A DNA stretch of 64,000 nucleotides from Acidimicrobiia bacterium (GTDB lineage: Bacteria; Actinomycetota; Acidimicrobiia; Spongiisociales; ZC4RG35). Made by a program: the position numbers and the translations under genes. Below the pieces are notes generated by a model. It searched no databases. It was not told the origin of the DNA and saw nothing but the letters and a program-made list of their open reading frames with translations. The stretch spans positions 20,233 to 84,232 of the forward strand of contig DASVDX010000070.1 of the NCBI GenBank assembly GCA_036380875.1, written 5' to 3'. Positions 1 through 12,506 of the stretch are shown here, in pieces. The number at the start of each line of letters is the position of its first letter. Position 1 is the stretch's first letter.

Positions 1-1
1 C

Positions 2-1321
2 GGCACGCTCGAGTTGCTGCCTGCCGAACAGGCGATCCACGACGCCATGCTCGACAAGATCCGGCGCGGCTTTCGGCGGTTCGGCTTCCCGGCGATCGAG
101 ACTCCGGTGTTCGAACGAGCCGACGTGCTCTTGACGAAGACCGGGGGAGAGACCGAACGCCAGGTCTACTTCGTCCAATCGGCCGGGTCGCTCGAGGCGG
201 GCGAGCCGCCCGATCTGGCGCTCCGCTTCGACCTCACCGTGCCGCTGGCCCGCTACGTCGCCGAGCACGAGCACGACCTGGTGTTCCCGTTCCGGCGCTC
301 CCAGATCCAGCGCGTCTACCGGGGTGAGCGCCCCCAACGAGGCCGTTACCGGGAGTTCTATCAGTGCGACATCGACGTCATCGATCGTGATGAGCTGTCT
401 TTGCGTCACGACGCCGAAGTGGCGGCCGCGGCAATCGCCATCCTCGAGGATCTCGACATCGGCTCCGTGACCCTGCGCTTGAACAGTCGCAAGCTGATGC
501 GCCGCCTGTTGGAAGAGGTGGGCGTCACCGCAGAGGAAGCCCAGACCGAGGTCCTGCGGGAGATCGACAAACTCGAGAAGAAGGGCGTCGACGCCGTCCG
601 GAAGTCTCTCCTCGATTCCGGGATGTCCCCGGAATCGGTCTCCCGCCTCATCGAATGGACCACCATCTCCGCCTCCGGCGTGGCGGACATCGAAGCGGCC
701 CTGGCTTCCCTTCCCGTGAGGGCCGAGGCGGAAGCCGCCGAGCTGGCGGAAGTCTCGCGCACCATGGCCGCCCTCGGCGTTTCAGAGGAGTCCTTCGCCC
801 TCGACCTGTCTATCGCCCGCGGCCTCGATTACTACACCGGAACCGTCTACGAGACCCGGCTCGACGACCACCCCGAACTGGGCAGCATCTGCTCGGGCGG
901 CCGATACGACGACCTGGCCGGCCAGTACACGACCACGCGGCTCCCGGGCGTGGGGATCTCCATCGGCTTCACCCGCCTCTTCTGGCAGCTCCGGGAGGCG
1001 GGGCTGCTTCCCCAGGGCACCTCCGCCGTGCCCGTCAGCGTGGCCCTCTTGTCCGACGCCGATCTCGAGTACTCGTTGGGGATCGCCGACCGGCTCCGCC
1101 GGGCCGGCATCGCCACCGAAACCCAGATGACCGCAGCCCGCCTGGGCAAACAATTGAAGGCAGCCGACCGACGAGGCTGCACCCTCGTCTTGATCGCTGG
1201 GGAGTCCGAGCGGGACCGGAACACCGTCGCTGTCCGCGACTTGGCCCGCGGGGAGCAAGTCGAGGTCGACCTCGACAACCTCGTCGACCACGTCACTCGT
1301 CGTTTGGCCCAGGAGCCCTGA
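2..1321 (+). CDS. hisS: Histidyl-tRNA synthetase, 5' end cut by the window edge
   Basis: Frame open from base 2 (GTLELLP); motifs LRFDLTVPLAR, YRGERPQRGRYREFYQCDID, ARGLDYYTG, GGRYD. Confidence 0.97.
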   Translation, partial: GTLELLPAEQAIHDAMLDKIRRGFRRFGFPAIETPVFERADVLLTKTGGETERQVYFVQSAGSLEAGEPPDLALRFDLTVPLARYVAEHEHDLVFPFRRSQIQRVYRGERPQRGRYREFYQCDIDVIDRDELSLRHDAEVAAAAIAILEDLDIGSVTLRLNSRKLMRRLLEEVGVTAEEAQTEVLREIDKLEKKGVDAVRKSLLDSGMSPESVSRLIEWTTISASGVADIEAALASLPVRAEAEAAELAEVSRTMAALGVSEESFALDLSIARGLDYYTGTVYETRLDDHPELGSICSGGRYDDLAGQYTTTRLPGVGISIGFTRLFWQLREAGLLPQGTSAVPVSVALLSDADLEYSLGIADRLRRAGIATETQMTAARLGKQLKAADRRGCTLVLIAGESERDRNTVAVRDLARGEQVEVDLDNLVDHVTRRLAQEP

Positions 1322-1327
1322 ATTCGA

Positions 1328-3103
1328 ATGAGATACAGAACGCATTTCACCACCGAGCTCGGAACCGGCCTGGTCGGCGAGCGTGTGCGGGTGGCCGGGT
1401 GGGTGGCCCGCCGCCGCGACCACGGGGGCATCGCCTTTCTCGACATCCGCGACGGGAAGGGCATCGTCCAGGTCGTGGTCGACCCTGCCAGGCTCCCGCA
1501 CGTCGACGACCTTCGTATGGAGTACACGGTCACGATCGAAGGGGAAGTGACCGCCCGCCCCGAGGGGACCGTCAATCCGGAGCTGGTGACCGGCGAGATC
1601 GAAATCCAGGCATCCGAGCTCGAGATCCTCTCGCCCTCGGAGCCTCTGCCGTTCATGCTCGACGACCGGGTGGAGATCGACGAGCGGCTCCGCCTGCAGT
1701 ACCGCTACCTCGACCTGCGCCGCCCCCGTATGGCAGCGAACCTGCGGGCGCGCTCCCGGGCGACGGCCGCCATCCGACGGAGCCTCGACGAGCTGGGTTT
1801 CCTCGAGGTCGAAACTCCTACGCTCGTCCGGTCGACTCCGGAAGGCGCCCGGGACATGCTCGTTCCCTCCCGACTGCGGCAGGGAGAGTTCTACGCATTG
1901 CCCCAGTCGCCACAGCTGTTCAAGCAGCTCCTGATGATCGCCGGGGTCGAGCGCTACTTCCAGATCGCCCGCTGCTACCGGGACGAGGACTTCCGGGCGG
2001 ATCGACAAGTCGAGTTCACCCAGCTCGACCTCGAGGGCTCGTTCTGGGAGGCCGAAGACGTCCAAGCCGCCATCGAGGTGGCCCTCGTGGCCGCCACCGA
2101 GGAGATCCGTGGCGTCGAGATCCCCCGTCCGTTCCCCCGGCTCACGTGGCGCGAGGCGATGGAGCGCTTCGGCACCGACAAGCCCGACCTCCGGTTCGGG
2201 ATGGAGATAGTGGACCTGTCGGATCTCTTCCGATCCACCGAGTTCGGCGTCTTCGCCTCCGTGCTCGGAGAAGGGGGGACGATCCGAGGGATCAACGCCG
2301 GAGAACGCGAGCTCTCCCGGGCCGATGCCGACAGCCTCGTCGAGCGGGCCAAGCAACTCGGCGGGAAAGGCCTCGTGTGGATGCAGGTGGAGGCGGATGG
2401 GAACCTGCGGTCACCCGTCGCCAAGTTCCTCTCCGACCCGGAGAGAGCCGGCCTGCTCGAACGTCTGGAGGCCAAGCCCGGCGAGGTGCTGCTCATCGCC
2501 GCCGACCGCTGGAAGACGGCTCTGGAGGTGCTCGGCGGCCTCCGCAACGACCTCGGCCGACCCAGGGGCCACGACGAGCTCGCTTTCCTGTGGGTGACCG
2601 ACTTCCCGATGTTCGAAGAAGAAGAGGACGGCAGGCTCACCTTCAGCCACCATCCCTTCACCATGCCGCAGTCGGTAGAGGAAATGCGGCGATCGCCGGA
2701 GACGGCGCTGGCCCAGGCCTACGACGTGGTGTTGAACGGCGTCGAGCTCGGCTCCGGCTCGATCAGGATCCACGACCCCGAGATCCAGCGCCAAGTGTTC
2801 GAGATCCTCGGTATCGACCGCGAAAGTGCCGAGCGGCGCTTCGGGTGGTTCCTCGAGGCCCTGAATTACGGCACACCGCCTCACGGCGGTTTCGCCTTCG
2901 GCATCGATCGCCTCGTCATGGTCCTCCAGGGAGAGAGCTCGATCCGGGAGGTCATGCCCTTCCCGAAGACGCAGACGGGTGTGGACCCGCTCACCTCGGC
3001 GCCGGCGCCGGTCGAAGAGTCGCAGCTCGCCGAGCTCGGCATCCAACTGCGACCCGAGGTGGCAGCCGCTCACGCCGAAGCGGAGTCGCAGGCACAGGAG
3101 TGA
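1328..3103 (+). CDS. aspS: Aspartyl-tRNA synthetase, likely non-discriminating type
   Basis: GWVARRRDHGG, ALPQSPQLFKQLLM, CYRDEDFRADRQVEFTQLD, PPHGGFAFGIDRL. Confidence 0.97.
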   Translation: MRYRTHFTTELGTGLVGERVRVAGWVARRRDHGGIAFLDIRDGKGIVQVVVDPARLPHVDDLRMEYTVTIEGEVTARPEGTVNPELVTGEIEIQASELEILSPSEPLPFMLDDRVEIDERLRLQYRYLDLRRPRMAANLRARSRATAAIRRSLDELGFLEVETPTLVRSTPEGARDMLVPSRLRQGEFYALPQSPQLFKQLLMIAGVERYFQIARCYRDEDFRADRQVEFTQLDLEGSFWEAEDVQAAIEVALVAATEEIRGVEIPRPFPRLTWREAMERFGTDKPDLRFGMEIVDLSDLFRSTEFGVFASVLGEGGTIRGINAGERELSRADADSLVERAKQLGGKGLVWMQVEADGNLRSPVAKFLSDPERAGLLERLEAKPGEVLLIAADRWKTALEVLGGLRNDLGRPRGHDELAFLWVTDFPMFEEEEDGRLTFSHHPFTMPQSVEEMRRSPETALAQAYDVVLNGVELGSGSIRIHDPEIQRQVFEILGIDRESAERRFGWFLEALNYGTPPHGGFAFGIDRLVMVLQGESSIREVMPFPKTQTGVDPLTSAPAPVEESQLAELGIQLRPEVAAAHAEAESQAQE

Positions 3104-4029
3104 CGGCCGCTCCTTTCGACCAGGTCGAACAGGAAGTGATAGGCCACTACGCGGCCGGTGACTATCGAGCCGCTCTCGCCGTCCTCGACCGATCTGGTCC
3201 GAACCTCCCCGGCCAGTGGGAGCGCGTGGCCTACTGGCGGGCCTGCCTCCTGGCCCGCTCCGGGCACACGGAGGAAGCCGTCGATGTGCTGACCCAGGCG
3301 TTCGAGGCGGGCGCCTGGTGGTCGCCACGCCTCTTGGAGCTCGAAGCCGATCTGGATCCCTTGTGGGAGCACCCCGCCTACCGGCCGCTCCTCGAGAAGA
3401 TGGAGGAGCGCCGGCGCCGCTGGCGACCCCGAGTCACGGGGCTGTATGTGGGAGGTGTCGGAGGCGGCTGGCCGTTCCTGGGCCTCCACGGCCGCAATCA
3501 GATCTTCGAGACCGACGCCGCCCGGATCACCGGCGCCCTGGGAGAGGGATGGGAGGTGGCCGTCCCCGAATCGAGCCAGCGGATCGCGTCTGACGGGCCG
3601 GTGTGGGACGACGCCGGTGGCTGCTGTGACCAGGTCCTCGCCGTCGCCGACGCCCTGTGGCCCGACCGCCCGTTCGTGCTCGGAGGCTTCTCCCAGGGTG
3701 GGAGGCGGGCCCTCCAGATCGGGCTGCGCCACGGGCAGCGGATCCCTGCCGTCCTCGCCGTGTCCCCGATGTTGCTCCGGGGCAGTGAGATCGCCGAGGT
3801 GATCGAATGGCTCGGCCATCCGCCCTGGCCCCTCGTAGCGATAGTGGCAGGCGAGGAAGATCCGGCCACTCGCGGCGTGGCGACGGTGGTTCGCCACCTC
3901 GAAGAGGAGGGGATCGAGACGATCGTCGAACTGGTCGCCGATTCCGGGCACCGTTGGCTCGAGCCCCCGCGCCGTGTCCTGGCCGCGCTGGCGACACGTA
4001 TCGCCGAGCGAGCCACCCAGTCGGATTGA
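3100..4029 (+). CDS. Helical N-terminal domain plus alpha/beta hydrolase (esterase-like)
   Basis: GTG overlaps aspS stop (GTGA); GFSQG nucleophile elbow, GEED and GHRW candidate Asp/His; this is the 3' part of track ORF 655..4029. Confidence 0.75.
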   Translation: MTAAPFDQVEQEVIGHYAAGDYRAALAVLDRSGPNLPGQWERVAYWRACLLARSGHTEEAVDVLTQAFEAGAWWSPRLLELEADLDPLWEHPAYRPLLEKMEERRRRWRPRVTGLYVGGVGGGWPFLGLHGRNQIFETDAARITGALGEGWEVAVPESSQRIASDGPVWDDAGGCCDQVLAVADALWPDRPFVLGGFSQGGRRALQIGLRHGQRIPAVLAVSPMLLRGSEIAEVIEWLGHPPWPLVAIVAGEEDPATRGVATVVRHLEEEGIETIVELVADSGHRWLEPPRRVLAALATRIAERATQSD

Positions 4030-4058
4030 GGGACCGCCCCGGTACCCTCGACGCAGAC

Positions 4059-5399
4059 ATGGACGACCTGTTCGCCGCCCGGGCGGAACAAAACCTCGAG
4101 TCGGTGGCTCCCCTCGCCACACGCATGCGCCCCCGCAACCTGGACGAGGTGGTAGGACAGCCCGCCTTGCTCGCGCCCGGAGCGGCGTTCCGGCGGGTGG
4201 TGGAGTCCGGCAACCCGGTCTCGATGATCCTCTGGGGCCCGCCCGGAACCGGAAAGACCACCCTTGCCCGCCTCGTCGCCCATCACACGGCAGCCGCCTT
4301 CGAGACGCTGTCAGCCACGTCCGCCGGCGTCAAGGACGTGCGCGAGGTGCTGAGCCGGGCTCGCCAGCGCCTGGAGATGGACGAGAAGCGCACCGTGCTG
4401 TTCCTCGACGAGATCCACCGGTTCTCGAAGAACCAGCAGGACGCTCTCCTTCCGGGAGTGGAGGACGGCACCATCGTCCTTATCGGGGCGACGACCGAGA
4501 ACCCCTTCTTCGAGGTCAACAGCCCGCTGATCTCCCGGTCCACCCTCTTCCGCCTCGAACCCCTGGAGCCCGAGCATCTCGAAGCCTTGATCGACCGGGC
4601 GATGACCGACCGGGAGCGAGGGCTCGGCGGCCGCAACCTGAAGATCGATCCCGAGGCGAGAGCGGCCCTGGCTCGACGTACCGGAGGCGACGCCCGACTG
4701 TCCCTCAACACCCTGGAGGTGGCCGCCACCTTGGCGGAGGGCAGGGGCTCCGCCACGGTCGAGACCGAAGACGTAGAAGAGGCGTTGCAGCGCCGGATCG
4801 TTCGTTACGACAAGGCCGGCGACGTCCACTACGACGTCATCTCCGCCTTCATCAAGAGCCTCCGCGGTTCCGACCCGGACGCCGCCGTGTACTGGCTGCA
4901 TCTCATGCTCGAGGGCGGCGAGGACCCCGAGTTCATCGCCCGGCGGATGGTGATCTTCGCCTCCGAGGACGTCGGCCTGGCCGACAACCGAGCTCTCGAA
5001 GTGGCCGTGGCAGCGGCCCACGCCCTCGCTTTCGTCGGTTTGCCCGAGGCGGCATTCGCCCTGACCCACGCTGCCCTGTACCTGGCGACCGCCCCGAAGT
5101 CGAACTCGGTGACCACCACGATGGCTGCGGCCAGAAAGGCGGTGCGGGAAGGTCCTGCCCCTGTCGTGCCTCCCCATCTGCGCGACGCCCACTACCCGGG
5201 GGCGGGCGAGATCGGCCACGGCGAGGGTTATCGGTACCCCCACGACTACCCGGGCCACATCGTCGACCAGCGCTACTGGCCGGAGGGCCAGGAGCCGCTC
5301 ACCCTGTATCGCCCCAGCCGGCAGGGAGCGGAGAAGGCCCGGGCGGAGTGGTTCGCGGAGCTGGAGGCGTCGATAGGCCGAAAGCGGAACCGGGAGTGA
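4059..5399 (+). CDS. rarA: Replication-associated recombination protein A (AAA+ ATPase)
   Basis: PLATRMRP, GPPGTGKTT, DEIHRF, GATTENP, SAFIKSLRGSDPDAA; start re-picked at ATG 4059 (MDDLF). Confidence 0.95.
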   Translation: MDDLFAARAEQNLESVAPLATRMRPRNLDEVVGQPALLAPGAAFRRVVESGNPVSMILWGPPGTGKTTLARLVAHHTAAAFETLSATSAGVKDVREVLSRARQRLEMDEKRTVLFLDEIHRFSKNQQDALLPGVEDGTIVLIGATTENPFFEVNSPLISRSTLFRLEPLEPEHLEALIDRAMTDRERGLGGRNLKIDPEARAALARRTGGDARLSLNTLEVAATLAEGRGSATVETEDVEEALQRRIVRYDKAGDVHYDVISAFIKSLRGSDPDAAVYWLHLMLEGGEDPEFIARRMVIFASEDVGLADNRALEVAVAAAHALAFVGLPEAAFALTHAALYLATAPKSNSVTTTMAAARKAVREGPAPVVPPHLRDAHYPGAGEIGHGEGYRYPHDYPGHIVDQRYWPEGQEPLTLYRPSRQGAEKARAEWFAELEASIGRKRNRE

Positions 5400-5418
5400 G
5401 TCGGCTACCCTTCCCCGC

Positions 5419-5592
5419 ATGCTCGATCGGTTGTGGTGGTTCGCCACTGGGCTCCTGGCGGGGGGCCTCGTCACCGTTCGCGCGTTGCGCCGCAAGCCGA
5501 CCCCGGCCGACCTGAGACGAGCAGCGGCGTACACCGGCGCCGATATCCTCGAACTCGCCGCTCGAGCTATCCGGCCGCCTCGCCGCCGCTGA
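5419..5592 (+). CDS. 57-aa small membrane-associated protein
   Basis: Hand-translated MLDRLWWFATGLLAGGLVTVRALRRKP...RRR; TACCCT -10 seven nt upstream; fills the rarA-alaS gap; below the track cutoff. Confidence 0.7.
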   Translation: MLDRLWWFATGLLAGGLVTVRALRRKPTPADLRRAAAYTGADILELAARAIRPPRRR

Positions 5593-5644
5593 GCCCCTGC
5601 GGCATCGCACCCAGCGCCCTACCGACCACCACATAGACGAACTG

Positions 5645-8277
<2,633 letters not shown>

Positions 8278-8278
<1 letters not shown>

Positions 8279-8691
8279 TGGGCAGGGTCCTGGCGGTCGA
8301 CCCGGGCACCACCCGAGTCGGGCTGGCGATCAGCGATCCCCTGGGGCTCACCGCCCAGCCGCTCGAGGTCGTGCCCGCCGACTCGGCGGTCGAACACGTG
8401 GCCCGACTGTGTGAGGAGCTCGACGTCGAGGAGGTCATCGTCGGGCTGCCCGTCACCGAGAAAGGCGAGGAGAAGGAATCGGCTGTCATGGCTCGCAGAA
8501 TGGCCGCCGACATCGAGTCCGCAACCGGTCTGGTCGTGACTACTGTCGACGAGCGCTACACCACGCGAATTGCTGACTCAGTGATGCTCGAAGCCGGTAC
8601 CAGACGACGAAAGCGGCGGAGCGCCGTCGACAAGGTCGCCGCCGCCGTGCTGCTCCGCGGCTACCTCGATCGTCGTGGAGAAGCAAGGTGA
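8278..8691 (+). CDS. ruvX: Holliday junction resolvase / pre-16S nuclease YqgF
   Basis: LAVDPGTTRVGLAISD, VDERYTT, VDKVAA; follows alaS. Confidence 0.93.
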
Positions 8692-9779
8692 GCTTGGAGC
8701 CCGTGCCGCCTCCACCGACCTTTTCCCGCCTCGGTCGAATCGGGGCGATCATCGCCCTGGTGATCGTCGCCGGGGTAGCGATCGTCGGTGGCGCCTCGTA
8801 TCTCGGCCGCCAGGTCGGCGGTGTCCTGAACAACAACGACGATCGGGTCGATGTGGAGCCGGGCCTCGAAGTCGAGGTCGTCATCCCCCAGGGCGCCAGC
8901 GCCCAGGACATCGCCGCGATCCTCGCCGGCAAGGGTGTAGTGGCCCGCGCCGCGGAATTCGAGGCGCTGGTCCGCACCGAGGGCGCCGCCGCCGAGCTCA
9001 AGGCAGGCACGTACCAGCTCGTCACCGGGATGCAGCCGGCCGAAGTCCTCGAAGCGCTGCGGACCGGCCCGCTCGTAGACGTGTATCGGATCACCATCCG
9101 CGAGGGGTTGCGGGTGGGGGAGATGCTCCGAATCCTATCCGAAGGATCGGGGATGCCCGTCGAGGAGTTCGAAGAAGCGCTCCAGAGCGGTGATGTCACC
9201 ACGACCCTCAAAGAGATGCCCGAGTCTCCGTCCCTCCAGGACTGGGAAGGGCTCCTCTTCCCCGACACCTACGAGTTCTCCCAGCAGTCGACGGCTGTCA
9301 GCATCCTCCAGCGCCTCTCCAACACCATGCAGGCGAGGGTTGAGAGCATCGACTGGACGGCCTTCGAGGACGACGGCTTCACCATCTACGAGGGGATCAT
9401 CATGGCGTCGCTCATCGAGTCCGAGGTGCGGGTGGCCGAAGAGCGGCCGCTGGTGTCGAGCGTGATCCACAACCGTCTCGACGAGGGAATGCCCCTCCAG
9501 ATCGACGCTACCGTGCTCTACGCCCTCGGCACCCGGTCTCCCGAGGATTTCGACCGGGAGGTGGACTCGCCTTACAACACCTATCAGAACGCCGGTCTGC
9601 CACCCACCCCGATCGCTTCGCCGGGGCGGGCATCACTCGAGGCGGCCGCCAACCCGGCCGACACGAACTTCTTCTACTACGTGCTTTCCAGCGAAGACGG
9701 CAGCCACACGTTCTCTGAGACGCTCGAAGAGCACAACGAGGCGGTTCGGAAGGCTCGAGAGGACGGAGTTCTCCCGTAG
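8688..9779 (+). CDS. mltG: Endolytic transglycosylase MltG
   Basis: N-terminal TM helix, EGLLFPDTY, ASLIESE, NRL..GMPLQIDATV, SPYNTY, GLPPTPI. Confidence 0.95.
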   Translation: MSLEPVPPPPTFSRLGRIGAIIALVIVAGVAIVGGASYLGRQVGGVLNNNDDRVDVEPGLEVEVVIPQGASAQDIAAILAGKGVVARAAEFEALVRTEGAAAELKAGTYQLVTGMQPAEVLEALRTGPLVDVYRITIREGLRVGEMLRILSEGSGMPVEEFEEALQSGDVTTTLKEMPESPSLQDWEGLLFPDTYEFSQQSTAVSILQRLSNTMQARVESIDWTAFEDDGFTIYEGIIMASLIESEVRVAEERPLVSSVIHNRLDEGMPLQIDATVLYALGTRSPEDFDREVDSPYNTYQNAGLPPTPIASPGRASLEAAANPADTNFFYYVLSSEDGSHTFSETLEEHNEAVRKAREDGVLP

Positions 9780-10591
9780 TGACACATCCGCTCCGGCTGG
9801 CGGTGATCGGCGATCCCATATCCCACTCCCGGTCGCCGGCGATCCACACCGCCGCTCTCGCCGCCCTGGGAATCGACGGAACCTACGAGGCGCGTCGCGT
9901 GCCCAGTTCGGAGATGGAGTCCGTCATAGAGGACTTGCGAGCTGGTCTCCTCGACGGGGTCAACGTCACAATGCCTCTGAAGGGTGTGGCTGCAGCCCTG
10001 GTGGACGAGATCACCGACGAAGCTCGCCGCTCCGGCTCGGTGAACACCATCGTTCGCCTGCCCGACGGGCGCCTGAAGGGCTACAGCACGGACATCACCG
10101 CACTCGGGCGCCTCTGGCCGTCCGACTCGGAGCCTGTTCTGATCCTGGGAGCGGGGGGAGCCGCCGCCGCGGCTTGCCTGGCGGCGCGGGGTCGCACGCT
10201 GTACGTGTCGGCCCGCCGAGCGGGAACCGTGGCCGCCCTCGCCGACCGTCTCGACTCCGGCACGATCGTAGAGGTGCCGTGGGGGACGGCCGTCGTCGAT
10301 GCGGTGGTCGTCAACGCCACCCCTCTCGGCATGGCCGGCGAGCCGCTTCCCCCCAGGATCGTGCCGCTGGCGTCGGCCCTGATCGATCTCGCCTACGGCA
10401 CGGAGGTGACGCCTGCGGTCGCCGAAGCACGTGGTCTGGGGCTTCCTACCGTCGACGGGCTGGAGTTCCTCGTTGCCCAGGCCGCCGACTCGTTTCGCTT
10501 GTGGACAGGGCGCGAGCCGCCGATAGACGTGATGACCGAGGCGGCACTAAATCCCTCAAGCCGGGCCGCTGAGGCACCGAATCATCACTGA
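9779..10591 (+). CDS. aroE: Shikimate dehydrogenase
   Basis: GDPISHSRSP, NVTMPLK, GSVNT, GAGGAA, VNATPLGM. Confidence 0.93.
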   Translation: MTHPLRLAVIGDPISHSRSPAIHTAALAALGIDGTYEARRVPSSEMESVIEDLRAGLLDGVNVTMPLKGVAAALVDEITDEARRSGSVNTIVRLPDGRLKGYSTDITALGRLWPSDSEPVLILGAGGAAAAACLAARGRTLYVSARRAGTVAALADRLDSGTIVEVPWGTAVVDAVVVNATPLGMAGEPLPPRIVPLASALIDLAYGTEVTPAVAEARGLGLPTVDGLEFLVAQAADSFRLWTGREPPIDVMTEAALNPSSRAAEAPNHH

Positions 10592-10620
10592 CGGCGAAGG
10601 GAAGTACCAAGGAGAAGCCC

Positions 10621-11718
10621 ATGTCGCTCAGCGGAAAACTGGACGTCTTTCCTCTCGAGGAGGTCCTCCGCCTTCTCGCGAGGTCACAACAGAACGGGTG
10701 TCTTCGTGTAGACGGCGAGTCCGCCGGACGCATCTACATGGAGGGTGGCTACCTGACCTATGCCACCGTGGAAAGCGACGAAGTTCTCCGCGATCGCCTG
10801 GTCGCTGCCGGCGTGGTCACCGAAGAGGGTCTCAGCCGCCTCGACATCTCCCGCGGCACTCTGACCGATGCCGTTGCTCCTTCCGCTTCGGCGTCGGCGC
10901 TCACAGAATTGGTGCGTGAGCACAGCGTCGAGTCCCTGTACCGGATTCGCCGTCCCGGTACTGGCGCTTTCGAGTTCGTCGCCGACGCCAACCCCCGTTA
11001 TCCGACGGGCCAGACGTTCGACGTAGAGAGCACCATCGCCGACGCAGAGCGGCGGGCTTCGGAGTGGGCCGACATCGAGACCATCGTCCCCGATCTCACC
11101 ACGCTGTGGCGCATGGTGCCCGAGATCGAGGAAGAGTCCGTCAACCTCAGTGACACCGCCTGGCGATTCCTGGCGGCGATGGATGGCTCCTGCTCTGTCG
11201 AGGCCCTCGCCGACCGTCTGGGCATGACCAAGTTCCAGACCGCGCGGCGCATGGCCGAGATGGCTCGGGCGCATCTCGTGGAGCCCATGCCAGCGCCGTC
11301 CTACGAGACGCCTGGCTACGACACGGCCTACAACGCCACCGACATCTACCAGCCGGCACCGGAGCCGGAGTACACGACCGAACCGGAGCCGGAGGCGGTG
11401 GAGGAGCCGGCGGCGGGTGTGGTCGAGGCGCCGACGCCGGATCCTGACCGCTCGTGGTGGTCCGAGACCAATGCCGAGGAAGCTCTGCCGACGGGTGTCG
11501 CCGACAACACCTTCGAGACTCCCGCCGAGGACGAAGGCACCGAGGAACCTGCCACCGTCGAGCCGCAGGCCGAGGAGTCGTTCCTCGAGACGGTCTTCAG
11601 CGAACTGGAGAAGACCGAGGAGTCGACCGAAGAGCACGAGGACTCCGAGGAGAGCGGGTTCGGTCTGCTGCGGCGCCGGGGCTTGGGCGCTGCTTTCCGA
11701 GAGCTTGCCGACAGCTGA
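10621..11718 (+). CDS. DUF4388 (PatA-N-like) domain protein with acidic Pro/Glu-rich tail
   Basis: N-terminus MSLSGKLDVFPLEEVLRLL...G.L.V resembles DUF4388; SD AAGGAG upstream; low-complexity C-terminus. Confidence 0.75.
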   Translation: MSLSGKLDVFPLEEVLRLLARSQQNGCLRVDGESAGRIYMEGGYLTYATVESDEVLRDRLVAAGVVTEEGLSRLDISRGTLTDAVAPSASASALTELVREHSVESLYRIRRPGTGAFEFVADANPRYPTGQTFDVESTIADAERRASEWADIETIVPDLTTLWRMVPEIEEESVNLSDTAWRFLAAMDGSCSVEALADRLGMTKFQTARRMAEMARAHLVEPMPAPSYETPGYDTAYNATDIYQPAPEPEYTTEPEPEAVEEPAAGVVEAPTPDPDRSWWSETNAEEALPTGVADNTFETPAEDEGTEEPATVEPQAEESFLETVFSELEKTEESTEEHEDSEESGFGLLRRRGLGAAFRELADS

Positions 11719-11771
11719 ACCCTTGCGGCTGAAGATGAGGGCGACGTCGCCGGGCTAGCATCGCGAGCCCC

Positions 11772-12488
11772 GTGCACGTCGCCCTCTCGGCTCTCGCCGG
11801 CCTGCTCGCCGGCCCCTTCGTCCACCATCTCGCCGTCCAGGCGGGCGCCGACCTGCCCTTCGCCCTCTCTGCTGCGGTCTGCCGCCGCTGCGGCCACCCC
11901 AGGGGACTGCTGACACGTTGCTCGGAGTGCGGACTCGGGATCGGCCGCCCACTCCTCACTTCGATCACCACGGCCGGTGTTGCCGCCCTCGTCGCTTGGT
12001 CGATCGGCCCCCGCTGGGTTCTCTGCGCCTACTTCTGGTTCGTGGCGATGACGGTCGTGCTCTTCTTGACCGACATCGATCACAAACGCATCCCCAACCG
12101 CATCACGTATCCGGGGACACCGATCGCGGTCGCCCTGTTGGCGGGCGGCGCCGCTCTCGATGGGACGTTGCAGGCTTTGCCGCGAGCCCTGGGAGGTGCG
12201 TTCGTGTTCGCGGGGTTCTTCCTCGTGGTGTTCGTCCTCGCCCGGGGCGGGTTCGGTTTCGGCGACGTCAAACTCGCCTTTCCTCTCGGCCTCTTCACCG
12301 CCTTCATCAGTTGGATCCACTTGTTTCTCGCTGTTCTGGCCACGGCGGCGCTCGGCGGGTTGGCAGCCCTTGCCGCCCTTCTCGCCGGGAAGGGAGCGAA
12401 GTCGGAACTGCCGTACGGGCCGCCGATGATCGTCGGAGCGTGGGTGTCGATCGTGTGGGGAACCACCCTCGCGGGCGTGATCTTCTAG
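11772..12488 (+). CDS. Prepilin peptidase (peptidase A24)
   Basis: Two CxxC motifs (CRRC, CSEC), catalytic Asp motifs TDIDHKRIPN and GFGDVKL, C-terminal PYGP, multiple TM helices. Confidence 0.9.
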   Translation: MHVALSALAGLLAGPFVHHLAVQAGADLPFALSAAVCRRCGHPRGLLTRCSECGLGIGRPLLTSITTAGVAALVAWSIGPRWVLCAYFWFVAMTVVLFLTDIDHKRIPNRITYPGTPIAVALLAGGAALDGTLQALPRALGGAFVFAGFFLVVFVLARGGFGFGDVKLAFPLGLFTAFISWIHLFLAVLATAALGGLAALAALLAGKGAKSELPYGPPMIVGAWVSIVWGTTLAGVIF

Positions 12489-12493
12489 GTCGG

Positions 12494-12499
12494 TAGCAT
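12494..12499 (+). promoter_or_regulatory. -10 element (TAGCAT) for likely leaderless aroC
   Basis: TANNNT hexamer 7 nt before the GTG start, no SD. Confidence 0.55.
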
Positions 12500-12506
12500 C
12501 TGGCCC

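Noticed and set aside
655-3099. 5' part of the 1124-aa track ORF 655..4029
   Set aside because: Arg/Pro/Gly-rich alternate frame over hisS and aspS; only the portion from GTG 3100 looks like a real protein
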